Program-made: the position numbers and the translations under genes | The notes under the pieces: model-generated | Told to the model about the DNA's origin: nothing | The model's database searches: none | The model's input: only the letters and a program-made list of their open reading frames with translations | Shown: positions 37,160 through 47,013 of the stretch, in pieces | Layout of the letters: every line of letters begins with the position of its first letter | Numbering within the stretch: the first letter of the stretch is position 1 | Assembly (NCBI GenBank): GCA_017501225.1 | Contig: JAFVXH010000019.1 | Span: forward strand, 266,666 to 330,665 | DNA length: 64,000 nucleotides | Direction of reading: 5' to 3' | DNA from: Clostridia bacterium | Lineage (GTDB): Bacteria; Bacillota; Clostridia; Oscillospirales; CAG-272

Positions 37160-38305
37160 ATGAAAGAGGTTTGTATAGTCCCTTGTCCGAGCTACGAGGA
37201 AGCGGTCGTAGCAAAAGCACTGGAAGACGTTCTGCGCCCCATCGGGGGCATAGATTGGGTCGAGTCCGGAATGACAGTCGTCATTAAGGCAAATCTTGTT
37301 TCCATGTTAAAGCCCGAGCGTGCCGCTACGACGCATCCCGCCCTGCTTTGTGCGCTGACAAAAATGCTTCTTGCCCGCGGGGCACACGTCATCATCGGTG
37401 ATAGCCCCGGAGGCCTTTACAATGCCGTGGCACTCAACCGCATCTATGCGGTGACCGGTATGAAGGAGGTTGAAGCGCTTGGTGCTGCGCTCAACGGCGA
37501 CTTTTCCCAGCGGGAGGTCAAATTCGAGGACGCTCTGGTGCTCAAGGATTTTACCTACACCGCCTATCTTGATCGCGCTGACGCCATCATCAACGTATGC
37601 AAGCTCAAATCGCACGGCATGATGAGCATGAGTGCCGGCGCCAAGAATATGTTTGGTGCAATTCCCGGTACCTTTAAGCCCGAATATCATTTTCGCTTTC
37701 CCAATCACGACGATTTTGCCAAGATGATCGTGGATATCAACCGCTATTTTGCGGATAAGATCAAGCTCTGTATCGCGGATGCCGTAATGGCAATGGAGGG
37801 CAACGGACCGACACAGGGGACGCCGCGCTATATCGGCGCTCTGCTTGCCTCCTCCTGCCCACACTCCTTGGATCTTACCTGCGCGCACCTGATCGGAATG
37901 CAGACCGAGGAGGTTCCCACCCTAAAGGCTGCTCACGAATGCGGACTGATTCCCAAGACCGCATCGGAATTGACTGTCATCGGAAATCTGTCACAGTTTG
38001 CTGTTTCGGATTTTGAGAATATCCGAACACCGCACAGTCTGCAGTTTGAGGGAAAAAGCAAATTTGCCGCTACCTTCGTTCGTACGGCACTGCGCGCCGA
38101 GCCGCGCGTGAAGCCGTCACTTTGCGTCAGTTGCCGCGAGTGTGAACGGATCTGCCCTGCCAAGGTCATCACAATGAAAAACGGGATCCCGCACATTGAC
38201 CGCAAACGGTGCATCACCTGCTTTTGCTGTCAGGAATTTTGCCCAAGAGGCGCTCTGGTCGTGCATCGCCCTCTGATTGCAAGAATCTTAAACCGAAAAT
38301 CTTGA
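37160..38305 (+). CDS. DUF362 domain protein with C-terminal 2x[4Fe-4S] ferredoxin domain
   Basis: 381-aa ORF. The DUF362-like body (VVIKANL...GDSPGG...KLKSHGMMSMSAGAKNMFG) is followed by CVSCRECERICP and CITCFCCQEFCP. Confidence 0.8.
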   Translation: MKEVCIVPCPSYEEAVVAKALEDVLRPIGGIDWVESGMTVVIKANLVSMLKPERAATTHPALLCALTKMLLARGAHVIIGDSPGGLYNAVALNRIYAVTGMKEVEALGAALNGDFSQREVKFEDALVLKDFTYTAYLDRADAIINVCKLKSHGMMSMSAGAKNMFGAIPGTFKPEYHFRFPNHDDFAKMIVDINRYFADKIKLCIADAVMAMEGNGPTQGTPRYIGALLASSCPHSLDLTCAHLIGMQTEEVPTLKAAHECGLIPKTASELTVIGNLSQFAVSDFENIRTPHSLQFEGKSKFAATFVRTALRAEPRVKPSLCVSCRECERICPAKVITMKNGIPHIDRKRCITCFCCQEFCPRGALVVHRPLIARILNRKS

Positions 38306-38350
38306 ACAAAAAAACACCGCATGAGCATGTGCTCATACGGTGTTTTCTAT
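38306..38350. terminator. Bidirectional terminator between the DUF362 gene and topB
   Basis: AACACCGCATGAGCA (38313-38327) pairs with TGCTCATACGGTGTT (38330-38344), one mismatch. A-run before the stem and a T-rich tract after it. Confidence 0.7.
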
Positions 38351-40563
38351 TATCGCTCGGGCGGGGGCTCGGGGAGAGGAATTTCCTCACCCTCGGCAAT
38401 GGAATAAATCGGCGTATTGCGCGGTGTGGGCTTCCTTGCATCAAATACAAAGACCGCGCGTCCGTTCTCCAATTTCAAGGATGCCGAGAACGCTCTGCCG
38501 CTTTTGGGAGAAATAAATCCCTCCAGAATCGGCGTCTGCCCCTTTTCAATCAGCTCATTCAGCAGCGTAATCGGGATCACACGCTTGCAGATGGCGGTAT
38601 TGACCGAAAATTTGCATCCGTCCCGATATCCCGTGCAACCGTAAAAGCTGCGGAAGCGCTTGATTTCGCGATTACAGTACGGGCAGGTCGCCACAACGTC
38701 GCCGAAAAATCCGGTATCGCTGTCCTTGGTAACGTCCACGTCCGCCTTTTTATCAAAGACCTCGCGGATCTCCTCACAGGCAAGCGAAACGCTCTCCTCG
38801 ACCGTCATACTGCCTCGGTAAACGCGCTTGAGCGCCTGGCCGAGCTGGGAGGTCTTGTATTTATCCATGCTGATCTGCATTTGCGTGAGTGCCTCGATCA
38901 AAAACTCACCGCTGGGGAGAATGGTGTAAACGTCCTTTTTCAGATCAATGTACTCGCTCTTTCGGGCATTGTCGATGATCCCCGTGCGCGTTGCCTCGGT
39001 ACCAAGCTCAAGGCCCTCGAAGATCGCGCGATAGTCCTCACTGTCGTCATCCCCAATCTGCTCCTCACCATCAGCCGCCTCCTTGGCAGCCTTTTTCTCA
39101 TCCTTGAAGGGATTTTTGAGATAGTTGTTCAACGTTTCGATGGTGTAGTGCTTTGGAGGGCTGGTTTCCTTTTGCGTAGGCTTGAAATCAATGTTAACGG
39201 GGTCTCCTTTTTCCAAGGGTGGCAGAAGCTTGTCCTTTTGCGTGTAATCGTCGTATTTCGTCCAGCCGCGCTCAAGGATCATCATACCCTTGAGCACAAA
39301 GGTTTCGTAATCCTTTACGTCGATTGTGATCTCGGTTTTGGAAACCACGCAATCCTCACTGCAGAATACGGCAATAAACCGGCGGAAGACGGTAGAGTAA
39401 ACCTGCATCTCGACCTGAGTCAATTGCTCCTTTTGCGGGATCTTATAGGTCGGTGTCAAGGCAGAGTGTGACTCGATCTTGCTGTCGTCAAAGATGGTTT
39501 TGCTATCCCGAAAGGCTACGGGATAGCCCAATTTTGCGCAATTTGCAAGGATTTGTCGGATCTTATCCTTCTCTGCTGTTGCCAGATACTCGGAATTGGT
39601 ACGGGGGTAAGTGAGATACCCTTTTTCATAAAGCCCTTGCACGACGGAAAGACTCTCTTGCATGGACATTTTATATTTCTTGCCGAGCACGTTCTGAAGC
39701 TTGGAAAGCGAATAGAGCTTTCCGGGATGGAGCTTATCCTTTTTATTTTTGACCGACGTCACGACAGCACCCGCGGCATTATAGCGCGCGCAGAGCTCCT
39801 CCGCCTGCCGCCTTTCGTTCTCCTCAAACTTGTGTTTGGAGGTCAGCTCCACGACCTCTCCCTTGGTAAGCTCACGGCTGACCAAAGCAAAGTATTTGCC
39901 CGGGACAAAGTTGCGGATCGCCATATCACGGTCATAGATCGCCTTGACGATGGGGACGATCACGCGTCCGACACGAAGGAGCGTTCCGGTTTTGAGCGTT
40001 GCGTAGCGTGTCAGATTGACGCCGTAGAGCCAATCGATGTAGGTTCTGGCAAAGCCCTCGTCCGCAAGACGGTCGTATTCGCTCTCCTCCTTCATTTCGG
40101 TCAATGCCTTGACGATGGTCTGCGGTGTCTGGTCGGGAAGCCACAGGCGTCTGAGATCCTTTTTCGTTTTCAACGCATTCTGAATACAAAGACGGACGAT
40201 GATCTCGCCTTCACGGTCAGCGTCCCCCGCGTTGACGACGGTATCGACGTCAGGGCGGTTGCACAGAGAGCTAATCACGTCAAACTGCGCACGCACACCG
40301 CTGTCCACCTGCTTGTTTCCATCCTTGCGGAGCTCATACTGAAACCGCTCGGGAAAGCACGGAAGATTTTGCATGCTCCATTTGGTTGAGCCGTCGGGAC
40401 TTGGGGAGTAGGCTTCGATGTCACAAAGAGAAAACAGATGCCCGAACGCCCAGGTAATCAAATATCCGTTTCCTTCCAGATACCCTTGACGCTTGTCCAT
40501 CCTGCCGATGGCGGCGGCGATATTGCGGGCAAGGCTGGGTTTTTCCGCGATGATCAGGATCAT
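38350..40563 (-). CDS. topB: DNA topoisomerase III
   Basis: Start at ATG 40563 (MILIIAEKPS) after AAAGGAG. Toprim motifs IIAEKPS and DADREGE, active-site Tyr context GYLTYPRTNSEYL, and C-terminal Zn-ribbon CPYCN...CTGYRDGC. Confidence 0.93.
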   Translation of the reverse strand: MILIIAEKPSLARNIAAAIGRMDKRQGYLEGNGYLITWAFGHLFSLCDIEAYSPSPDGSTKWSMQNLPCFPERFQYELRKDGNKQVDSGVRAQFDVISSLCNRPDVDTVVNAGDADREGEIIVRLCIQNALKTKKDLRRLWLPDQTPQTIVKALTEMKEESEYDRLADEGFARTYIDWLYGVNLTRYATLKTGTLLRVGRVIVPIVKAIYDRDMAIRNFVPGKYFALVSRELTKGEVVELTSKHKFEENERRQAEELCARYNAAGAVVTSVKNKKDKLHPGKLYSLSKLQNVLGKKYKMSMQESLSVVQGLYEKGYLTYPRTNSEYLATAEKDKIRQILANCAKLGYPVAFRDSKTIFDDSKIESHSALTPTYKIPQKEQLTQVEMQVYSTVFRRFIAVFCSEDCVVSKTEITIDVKDYETFVLKGMMILERGWTKYDDYTQKDKLLPPLEKGDPVNIDFKPTQKETSPPKHYTIETLNNYLKNPFKDEKKAAKEAADGEEQIGDDDSEDYRAIFEGLELGTEATRTGIIDNARKSEYIDLKKDVYTILPSGEFLIEALTQMQISMDKYKTSQLGQALKRVYRGSMTVEESVSLACEEIREVFDKKADVDVTKDSDTGFFGDVVATCPYCNREIKRFRSFYGCTGYRDGCKFSVNTAICKRVIPITLLNELIEKGQTPILEGFISPKSGRAFSASLKLENGRAVFVFDARKPTPRNTPIYSIAEGEEIPLPEPPPER

Positions 40564-40589
40564 GATGGCATCTCCTTTCTCAAAATTTC

Positions 40590-40637
40590 TACAAAAATAC
40601 CGCAATCCTGCAAAACATCACAGCAGAACTGCGGTAT
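40590..40637 (-). terminator. Putative terminator of the small P-loop protein gene
   Basis: ATACCGCA (40597-40604) pairs with TGCGGTAT (40630-40637) across a large loop. A T-run follows on the minus strand. It lies only about 30 nt upstream of the topB start. Confidence 0.4.
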
Positions 40638-40659
40638 TTGATTGTTGGATCTAAATCGA

Positions 40660-41067
40660 TTAAATGTACTTTTTGATCGTTTCGGGAGCAGTTTCTGCAT
40701 CCAGAGAAACGGTCATGACAAGGTTTACGCCAACCTTGCTTGCGAGCTTATCGAGCTCACCTGCAAGCAGCTCAAAGGAAGCAACGTCCTCCTGGCAGAT
40801 CTTGAGCGTTCCGTCAACAAACAGATCGGTCACGTCATGATTGCTTGCAAAAATGCCGGCAATGAAGCCATACAAAGCTTGCGCATCGGATACCATGTAT
40901 TCGTTTACATCTATCAATCTCGCCGTAGGCTTGATATCATATCTCAGTTTCACGCCCTTTTCGATGCAAACGACGTCACCCTTCGTGACCTCCAGCGCAC
41001 CGTTTACCAGGTTGATCAGGGTTTTGGTTTTGCCTGTACCTTTAACGCCAACGATTAATTTTAACAT
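40660..41067 (-). CDS. Small P-loop NTPase-like protein, function unknown
   Basis: 135-aa ORF with GGAGGT RBS. Walker A-like GVKGTGKTK at residues 7-15 and a Walker B-like hydrophobic strand ending in Asp (DLFVDG). Has its own promoter and terminator. Confidence 0.7.
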   Translation of the reverse strand: MLKLIVGVKGTGKTKTLINLVNGALEVTKGDVVCIEKGVKLRYDIKPTARLIDVNEYMVSDAQALYGFIAGIFASNHDVTDLFVDGTLKICQEDVASFELLAGELDKLASKVGVNLVMTVSLDAETAPETIKKYI

Positions 41068-41119
41068 ATGTTTACCTCCAACAGTTCAGGTCGGGAGGAT
41101 TTCCCGTCCTTGTACTGTT

Positions 41120-41148
41120 ATTATAACAAATTTTTACGGTCAAGTCAA
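41120..41148 (-). promoter_or_regulatory. Consensus sigma-A promoter of the small P-loop protein gene
   Basis: On the minus strand: TTGACT (41148-41143), 17 nt, TATAAT (41125-41120). Confidence 0.6.
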
Positions 41149-41168
41149 GGGCTTTTTGGTCGATATTG

Positions 41169-42509
41169 TTAATTTTTCAATCTTTCTTCCAAATTTTTAC
41201 GCAGATCCTCATATCCGGGCTTTCCAAGCAGCGCGAACATGTTCTTTTTATAGGATTCAACACCCGGTTGGTTGAAGGGATTGACCTTGAGAAGGTATCC
41301 CGAGATCGCGCAAGCCAGCTCGAAGAAGTAAAGCAGCTCGCCGAGAACGTACTCGCTTCTCTCGCTGATCTCCAGAATGATATTCGGAACACCGCCGTCC
41401 ACGTGCGCCAGAACCGTGCCCTGCAGAGCAAGCTTCTTGACCTCGTCCAGCTCCCGTCCGGAAAGGAAATTCAAGCCGTCGATGTTTTCGGGATCGTTCG
41501 GGATCTCAAAGCGACTCTTGGTATCGGCAATATCCAGCACGGTTTCAAAGAGAATGCGCTCTCCGTCCTGGATGTACTGACCCATGGAGTGAAGATCGGT
41601 AGAAAATACGACAGACGCAGGGAAAATGCCCTTTTGATCCTTGCCCTCGCTTTCGCCGTACAGCTGCTTCCACCATTCGTGAAGCATTGCACAGAAGGGC
41701 TCGTAGCTTGCCAGGATCTCGATCGCCTTGCCGTCGCGGTAGAGAATGTTGCGGAGTGCCGCGTAGCGGTAGCAATCGTTCTTTGCAAGATCGGGATCGG
41801 TATAGCGGTGGCTTGCGTCACGTGCGCCCTGCATCATCGCGTCAATGTCAATGCCGGCAACAGCGATGGGGAGAAGTCCCACTGCGGTCAGCACCGAGAA
41901 GCGACCGCCTACGTTATCCGGAACCACGAAGGTCTGGTATCCTTCCTGATCGGCAAAGCCCTTAAGGGTTCCCTTTTCGCGGTCTGTGGTTACGAAGATG
42001 CGCTCCTTGGCACCCTCCTTGCCGTAACGCTGCTCCATATAAGCGCGGAACACGCGGAACGCGACGGCAGGCTCGGTGGTGGTGCCGGATTTGGAGATAA
42101 CGTTAATGCAAACGTCCTTACCCTCGCAAAGAGAGAGCGCCTCATTCAATGCGTTCGAGCTGATGCAGTGTCCTGCAAAGTAGATTTCGGGGGTGTTTTT
42201 GGTAAGAGAATTGTAGAGGGGAGATCTGAGATACTCGATCACGGCACGCGTGCCGAGATAAGAGCCTCCGATGCCGATCACGATCAACACCTGAGCGCTG
42301 CTTTGGATCTTTTTTGCGCATTCCTTGATGCGGGCAAACTCTTCCTTGTCGTAATTGTCAGGCAGATTCAGCCAGCCGAGGAATGCATTCCCTTCACCGG
42401 AGCCGGTACGCAAAATCCGGTCTGCCTCCACGACCTCGTCCTGAATGGAGGCATAAGAATTCGTCGGAATGAACTGTGAAACGTACTTATCGTTAAGAGA
42501 GATTGACAT
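41169..42509 (-). CDS. pgi: Glucose-6-phosphate isomerase
   Basis: 446-aa ORF of the Firmicute short type, with [26 protein letters not shown] and [13 protein letters not shown]. Confidence 0.95.
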   Translation of the reverse strand: MSISLNDKYVSQFIPTNSYASIQDEVVEADRILRTGSGEGNAFLGWLNLPDNYDKEEFARIKECAKKIQSSAQVLIVIGIGGSYLGTRAVIEYLRSPLYNSLTKNTPEIYFAGHCISSNALNEALSLCEGKDVCINVISKSGTTTEPAVAFRVFRAYMEQRYGKEGAKERIFVTTDREKGTLKGFADQEGYQTFVVPDNVGGRFSVLTAVGLLPIAVAGIDIDAMMQGARDASHRYTDPDLAKNDCYRYAALRNILYRDGKAIEILASYEPFCAMLHEWWKQLYGESEGKDQKGIFPASVVFSTDLHSMGQYIQDGERILFETVLDIADTKSRFEIPNDPENIDGLNFLSGRELDEVKKLALQGTVLAHVDGGVPNIILEISERSEYVLGELLYFFELACAISGYLLKVNPFNQPGVESYKKNMFALLGKPGYEDLRKNLEERLKN

Positions 42510-42540
42510 GGGGCACCGTCCTTATTTTTTATCACTTAAT

Positions 42541-42569
42541 ATTATACTACACGAAACTGTAAAATGCAA
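42541..42569 (-). promoter_or_regulatory. Consensus sigma-A promoter of pgi
   Basis: On the minus strand: TTGCAT (42569-42564), 17 nt, TATAAT (42546-42541). Confidence 0.6.
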
Positions 42570-42676
42570 TATGATGCAATGAAAAAAGAAACGCAATTTT
42601 TTCCTTTATTTTTGGGGAATTTGACATATTGGAAGCCTGATTTTTCAAAAAGGCGACATGTATTTCGGTTTTTCCG

Positions 42677-43888
42677 TTAAATCATCAGAAATTTTGCAAG
42701 CATCCGCCAAAAAATTTCAAACAGACCGATCCGTCCGACACTTGCCGTGGCATGGATCGGCACCGTTCCGATCACCTGTTCCCCACACCGTAATTCCATG
42801 CTTCCGACCGTATCTCCCACAGAGATCGGAGCGTTGACAGACTCGGGCAATTGCACGCTTTTCTGAACCGATGAGATCGCACTTTTGGGGAGCACGCAGG
42901 AAAAGGATGCGTGCGCGATCGGACAGTCCGCCTCCCTGCCTCCCAATACCTTGATGGGAGGCAGTGCTTGCGCCTCCATGCGATAAAGGGCATAGTTTGC
43001 AAAGCCCCAATCAAGAAGCTTAGTTGCCTCCGCATTTCGTACGTCGCGTGACTCCGCTCCCATGATGACGCAGATCAGGGAAAATCCGTCCCGCTCCGCC
43101 GTGGCACTGACACAAAATCCCGCCTTGGAGGTAGAGCCCGTCTTGAGTCCCGTGCAGCCTCTGTAAAAGCGGACAAGACGGTTGGTATTGGTCAGTCCGA
43201 ATTCCCCGTTCCGGATGCTGTCCATCCAGAGCGTGCTATATTGCAAAATCGTCGGGTGACGCACAAGCTCCCGCGACATAATGGCAATATCCTTGGCACT
43301 CGTAACGTGATTCTCTGCCGTATCGTCAAGTCCCGTGACGTTTTCAAAATGTGTGCTGCTCATACCGAGGTGCGCAGCCTTCTCATTCATCTTCACGACA
43401 AAGCTTTCCACACTTCCGCACAAATGCTCGGCAAGCGCCACCGCGGCATCGTTTGCCGAGGCGATCACCACACTTTTGAGCATATCCTCAAGGCTCATCT
43501 GCTCCCCTTCCTTGAGGAACACCTGAGAGCCTCCCATCGAAGCGGCATTTGCCGAAACGGTCACCACGTCGTCCAGACGGAGCATTCCGCCATCGACCGC
43601 CTCCATCACGAGAAGCAGCGTCATGATCTTGGTCACCGACGCGGGTGCCATCGCCTCATCGGGATTTTGCGTATAAAGAATTGCTCCCGTCGTCGCCTCC
43701 ATCAGGATCGCACTTTTACACGACAGATTCAGGGACCCGTCTGCCGTTTCCATCCCGGAGCCGAGAACGTCAAGCGCGGTGGAGCCACCGCGGGCTTGCT
43801 CCGCGTGAATCGGTAGCGCACAAAGCGTCAAAAGCATCCAGAAAGCCAAAAAGAGCGAGAGATTTCGCGTCCGTCTTCGTAATTTCAT
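42677..43888 (-). CDS. D-alanyl-D-alanine carboxypeptidase (PBP5/DacB type, S11 family)
   Basis: Start at ATG 43888 (MKLRRRTRNLSLFLAFWML..., signal peptide) after GAGGTGA. All three catalytic motifs are present: SVTK, SANDA (SxN) and KTGST. Confidence 0.9.
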   Translation of the reverse strand: MKLRRRTRNLSLFLAFWMLLTLCALPIHAEQARGGSTALDVLGSGMETADGSLNLSCKSAILMEATTGAILYTQNPDEAMAPASVTKIMTLLLVMEAVDGGMLRLDDVVTVSANAASMGGSQVFLKEGEQMSLEDMLKSVVIASANDAAVALAEHLCGSVESFVVKMNEKAAHLGMSSTHFENVTGLDDTAENHVTSAKDIAIMSRELVRHPTILQYSTLWMDSIRNGEFGLTNTNRLVRFYRGCTGLKTGSTSKAGFCVSATAERDGFSLICVIMGAESRDVRNAEATKLLDWGFANYALYRMEAQALPPIKVLGGREADCPIAHASFSCVLPKSAISSVQKSVQLPESVNAPISVGDTVGSMELRCGEQVIGTVPIHATASVGRIGLFEIFWRMLAKFLMI

Positions 43889-43934
43889 CGTTATCACCTC
43901 AAAACAAGGTATGACGCGACGCATGCGGATATGA

Positions 43935-43966
43935 CAAAGAAAAGGACAGAGAGCATTCTCTGTCCA
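43935..43966 (-). terminator. Intrinsic terminator after galM
   Basis: GGACAGAGA (43944-43952) pairs with TCTCTGTCC (43957-43965). A U-tract follows on the minus strand (plus-strand CAAAGAAAA). Confidence 0.75.
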
Positions 43967-43977
43967 ATTCTGATGTT

Positions 43978-45036
43978 TTACCGTACCGAAAAACGGTAAA
44001 CCGTGGTATAATCGTAGGTTTCTCCGGGTTCCAGAACAACGCTGTCAAAGTGTGGGTGATGAATGGCATCCGGCATTTTCTGGGTTTCCAGGCAAAACGC
44101 CGTCCGCGGTGTCTGGGGATATCCACCCTTGAAGGGAAATTCTACTTTATTGACGTGATTTGCCGTATACAGCTGAACTGCGGGTTGATTGGTGTAGACC
44201 TGCATGAGTCTTCCGCTGTCAGGATCGTACGCCTCGGCACGCAGAACGGGCTCGCGGCTCTCGCCACCCGTAAAGCAGAAGCAGTGATCGTATCCGCATC
44301 CGATGCGAAGATCCTCGTTTTCCGCGTCAATATCCCTTCCGATCGGCTTCGGCTCGCGGAAATCGAAGGGCGTTCCCTCCACCGCGCGCATCTCTCCCGT
44401 GGGAATCTGCGATTCGTCCGTGGTAAGATAGCGATCCGCATCAATCTGCAGCACGTGTTGAAGGATCGAGCCCGAGGCATAGCCGCCAAGGTTGAAATAG
44501 GCGTGATTGGTCATATTCAGAATCGTCTTTCGGTCGGTCACAGCCTGATAATGAATGGAAAGCCCGTTGGAAGCCGTCAGCGTGTAGGTAACCGTGACGT
44601 CCAGATTTCCGGGATATCCCTCCTCCCCGTCGGGAGAATGCAGCGTCAGGATCAGCTTCGGCTCCTCGCCGTCCTGTGCCAAAGAGCTCCAGACGCGGTG
44701 AGAAAATCCGACCTTGCCTCCGTGAATCGAATACCCTTTTTTGTTTTCGCAAAGCTGATATTCTTTTCCGTCCAAGGTGAATTTTGCGCCCGCGATGCGG
44801 TTGCCGACGCGTCCGATCAGGGCTCCCTGATATCCGTTGCCCAGAACGTAATCGCGCAGAGAATCAAAGCCGAGCAAAACGTCGGAAAATCTTCCGAGCC
44901 GATCGGGAACGCGGATCTCCATGATGGCGCCGCCAAACTCACAAATGCGAACCGTCATTCCGGCGGCGTTGCGCATGGTGTAGGCATACACCTGCTGTCC
45001 GTCCTCCAGCGTGCCGAAAAACTGCTTTGCGATCAC
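43978..45036 (-). CDS. galM: Aldose 1-epimerase (galactose mutarotase)
   Basis: 352-aa ORF with GALIGRVGNRIAGAKF, SIHGG, TNHAYFNL, GYDHCF and CLETQ motifs. Lies 3 nt after galE. Confidence 0.92.
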   Translation of the reverse strand: MIAKQFFGTLEDGQQVYAYTMRNAAGMTVRICEFGGAIMEIRVPDRLGRFSDVLLGFDSLRDYVLGNGYQGALIGRVGNRIAGAKFTLDGKEYQLCENKKGYSIHGGKVGFSHRVWSSLAQDGEEPKLILTLHSPDGEEGYPGNLDVTVTYTLTASNGLSIHYQAVTDRKTILNMTNHAYFNLGGYASGSILQHVLQIDADRYLTTDESQIPTGEMRAVEGTPFDFREPKPIGRDIDAENEDLRIGCGYDHCFCFTGGESREPVLRAEAYDPDSGRLMQVYTNQPAVQLYTANHVNKVEFPFKGGYPQTPRTAFCLETQKMPDAIHHPHFDSVVLEPGETYDYTTVYRFSVR

Positions 45037-45039
45037 AGC

Positions 45040-46059
45040 TTATTCCTCCTCGTATCCGTTGGGATTCTGCTTCATCCAATTGGCAAGATCCACACACATG
45101 TCCTCGATGTTGTTCTCCGCCCGCCAGCCAAGCACCTCGTATGCCTTCTTGGGATCTGCGTAGCAGGTCGCAACGTCGCCGGGACGGCGGTCAACGATCT
45201 TGTAATTGACGGTAAGTCCCGTAGCCTTTTCATAGGCCTTTACGATCTCCAGCACAGAGTATCCCGTGCCGGTTCCGATGTTGAAGTAATCCACGCCCTT
45301 GACTGCCATAGCGCGCTCCAGCGCCTTGACGTGTGCCTTGGCAAGGTCCACGACGTGAATGTAGTCGCGAACGCCCGTGCCGTCCTTGGTATCGTAGTCG
45401 TTACCGAATACCGAAAGGTACGGCAGCTTGCCCGACGCTACCTTTGCCACGTACGGAAGCAGATTGTTCGGGATCCCGCGCGGATTTTCACCGATCATAC
45501 CGCTCTTATGCGCGCCGATGGGATTGAAATAGCGAAGGATCGATACGCTCCACTCGTGATCGGACACCCAGATATCCTTGAGGATTCGCTCGATCATGAG
45601 CTTTGTTTCTCCGTAAGGATTGGTGGTCGAGAGCGGGAAATCCTCACTGATCGGAACCGTCTTGGGCACACCGTAAACCGTTGCGGAGGAGCTGAATACG
45701 ATCTTCTTGGCATCGTACTTGGACATCAGCTCTACCAGATTGAGGGTGCTGAGCAGATTGTTGGAATAATACAGTCCGGGCTTCTCAACCGATTCGCCTA
45801 CTGCCTTCAGACCCGCGAAATGAATTGCGGAATCGATCTCGGGATGCTTGACAAAAACCGCCTCCAGCGCCGCCTTGTCGCACAGATCTACCTCGTAATA
45901 CGGAAAATCCTTACCGGTGATCTTCTTGACTCGCTCAAGAGAGATGGGAGAGCTGTTGCAGTAGTTATCCACGACGACGATGTCGTATCCCGCGTTCAAA
46001 AATTCAACTGCAGCATGCGAGCCGATAAAGCCCGCACCGCCTGTAATCAAAATTGCCAT
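45040..46059 (-). CDS. galE: UDP-glucose 4-epimerase
   Basis: 339-aa ORF with ILITGGAGFIGSH, the catalytic triad context (SSSATVYG ... YGETK) and RDYIHVVDLA. Confidence 0.95.
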   Translation of the reverse strand: MAILITGGAGFIGSHAAVEFLNAGYDIVVVDNYCNSSPISLERVKKITGKDFPYYEVDLCDKAALEAVFVKHPEIDSAIHFAGLKAVGESVEKPGLYYSNNLLSTLNLVELMSKYDAKKIVFSSSATVYGVPKTVPISEDFPLSTTNPYGETKLMIERILKDIWVSDHEWSVSILRYFNPIGAHKSGMIGENPRGIPNNLLPYVAKVASGKLPYLSVFGNDYDTKDGTGVRDYIHVVDLAKAHVKALERAMAVKGVDYFNIGTGTGYSVLEIVKAYEKATGLTVNYKIVDRRPGDVATCYADPKKAYEVLGWRAENNIEDMCVDLANWMKQNPNGYEEE

Positions 46060-46092
46060 GATGAAATATTCTCCTCTTGATGTATGATAGGA

Positions 46093-47013
46093 TCAGCTTT
46101 CCCAGAGAACGGAAGGATATTCTCCCGCCTCGATCAGTGCCTTGATGGATGCCTTGACCTGTGCCTTGTCCTCGGGATAGGTGACGCCCAGCCACTGCGA
46201 CTGCGTCGGATAAACCTTGATATCGCACAGCCCCTTCTGTCTTTGCGTATCCACCGCGAAGGGCAGATAATATTCAGCCTTGAGGGGATTGGAGGAGGTC
46301 TTCAGGTCCTGCAAAAAAGCGGTAAAATCAGACTCCAGGTCGTCAAAGATCTCGGGAGTAAAGCCCCAGCAGTTCATGGAAACGATGGTGTCCAGAGGAA
46401 GATCGATCCAGGTGCTCTCATCCTCGGAAAGATAGGAGGCACCCGTAGCGGTCTTTTGAATCTTGGTGCGCTCGGTCACGCTTTGCAGCATTCCCGCATC
46501 GCTTACCACGCACTGACCGCGGGAAACCGTTCCGTTTTCGGTAATGGTGTTTCCAAGGCGGAAGCCAACCATGCAGTGATGTGCAACACCCTTCTCTACA
46601 CCTGCATCCTTCAGATGCTTTGCGAGCTGCATAAAGGTATCTCTGCCATAAAAATCGTCGGCATTGATGACCGCGAAATTCTCCTTGACCAGATCACGCA
46701 CGCAATAAACGGCGTGTCCCGTGCCAAGCGGCTTGGTTCTGCCCTCGGGCACCGTGCAGCCGGCGGGAATATTCGCAGGCGTCTGGAAGGCGTACTCGAC
46801 CTGAATGTGAGGCTCTACGCGCACACCGATCGTTTCACGGAAGAGCTCAAGATTCTCTTCCTTAATGATAAAGACGACCTTATCAAAGCCTGCGCGCTTT
46901 GCATCGTAAATCGAAAAATCAACGATGACCTCTCCGTGATCCGTCATCGGGTCGAGCTGCTTCAGTCCTCCGTAGCGGGAGCCAAGTCCCGCGGCAAGAA
47001 TTACAAGTGTCAT
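46093..47013 (-). CDS. Sugar-1-phosphate nucleotidylyltransferase (NTP_transferase fold), specificity unknown
   Basis: Start at ATG 47013 (MTLVILAAGLGSRYGGLKQ) after AAAGGAG. Pyrophosphorylase G-loop LAAGLGSRYGG, plus GTGHAV and INADDFYG. First gene of the operon with galE-galM. Confidence 0.8.
   Translation of the reverse strand: MTLVILAAGLGSRYGGLKQLDPMTDHGEVIVDFSIYDAKRAGFDKVVFIIKEENLELFRETIGVRVEPHIQVEYAFQTPANIPAGCTVPEGRTKPLGTGHAVYCVRDLVKENFAVINADDFYGRDTFMQLAKHLKDAGVEKGVAHHCMVGFRLGNTITENGTVSRGQCVVSDAGMLQSVTERTKIQKTATGASYLSEDESTWIDLPLDTIVSMNCWGFTPEIFDDLESDFTAFLQDLKTSSNPLKAEYYLPFAVDTQRQKGLCDIKVYPTQSQWLGVTYPEDKAQVKASIKALIEAGEYPSVLWES

Noticed and set aside
42557-42676. Small intergenic ORFs: 38 aa at about 42557-42673, 14 aa at about 3664-3708, and 16 aa at about 60413-60463.
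   Set aside because: They have no RBS at a proper distance, and the regions are better explained as promoters or leaders of the flanking genes.
44050-46080. Very long antisense ORFs opposite real genes. The clearest is a 676-aa + ORF spanning galM and galE. Others are 41166..42479 (opposite pgi), 59076..60416 (prs), 38209..39471 and 39553..40389 (topB), 27669..28835 (tig), 14066..15112, 46084..47034, 53491..54591, 57951..58943, 32098..33081, 47756..48697 and 11466..12368.
   Set aside because: Each lies exactly opposite a gene with clear family motifs. Their sequences are low-complexity and rich in R/L/V/G, with no recognisable motifs, RBSs or promoters. This is the expected shadow effect when sense codons avoid TTA/CTA/TCA. 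The 676-aa ORF even reads through an intergenic gap. I see no evidence of overlapping genes.
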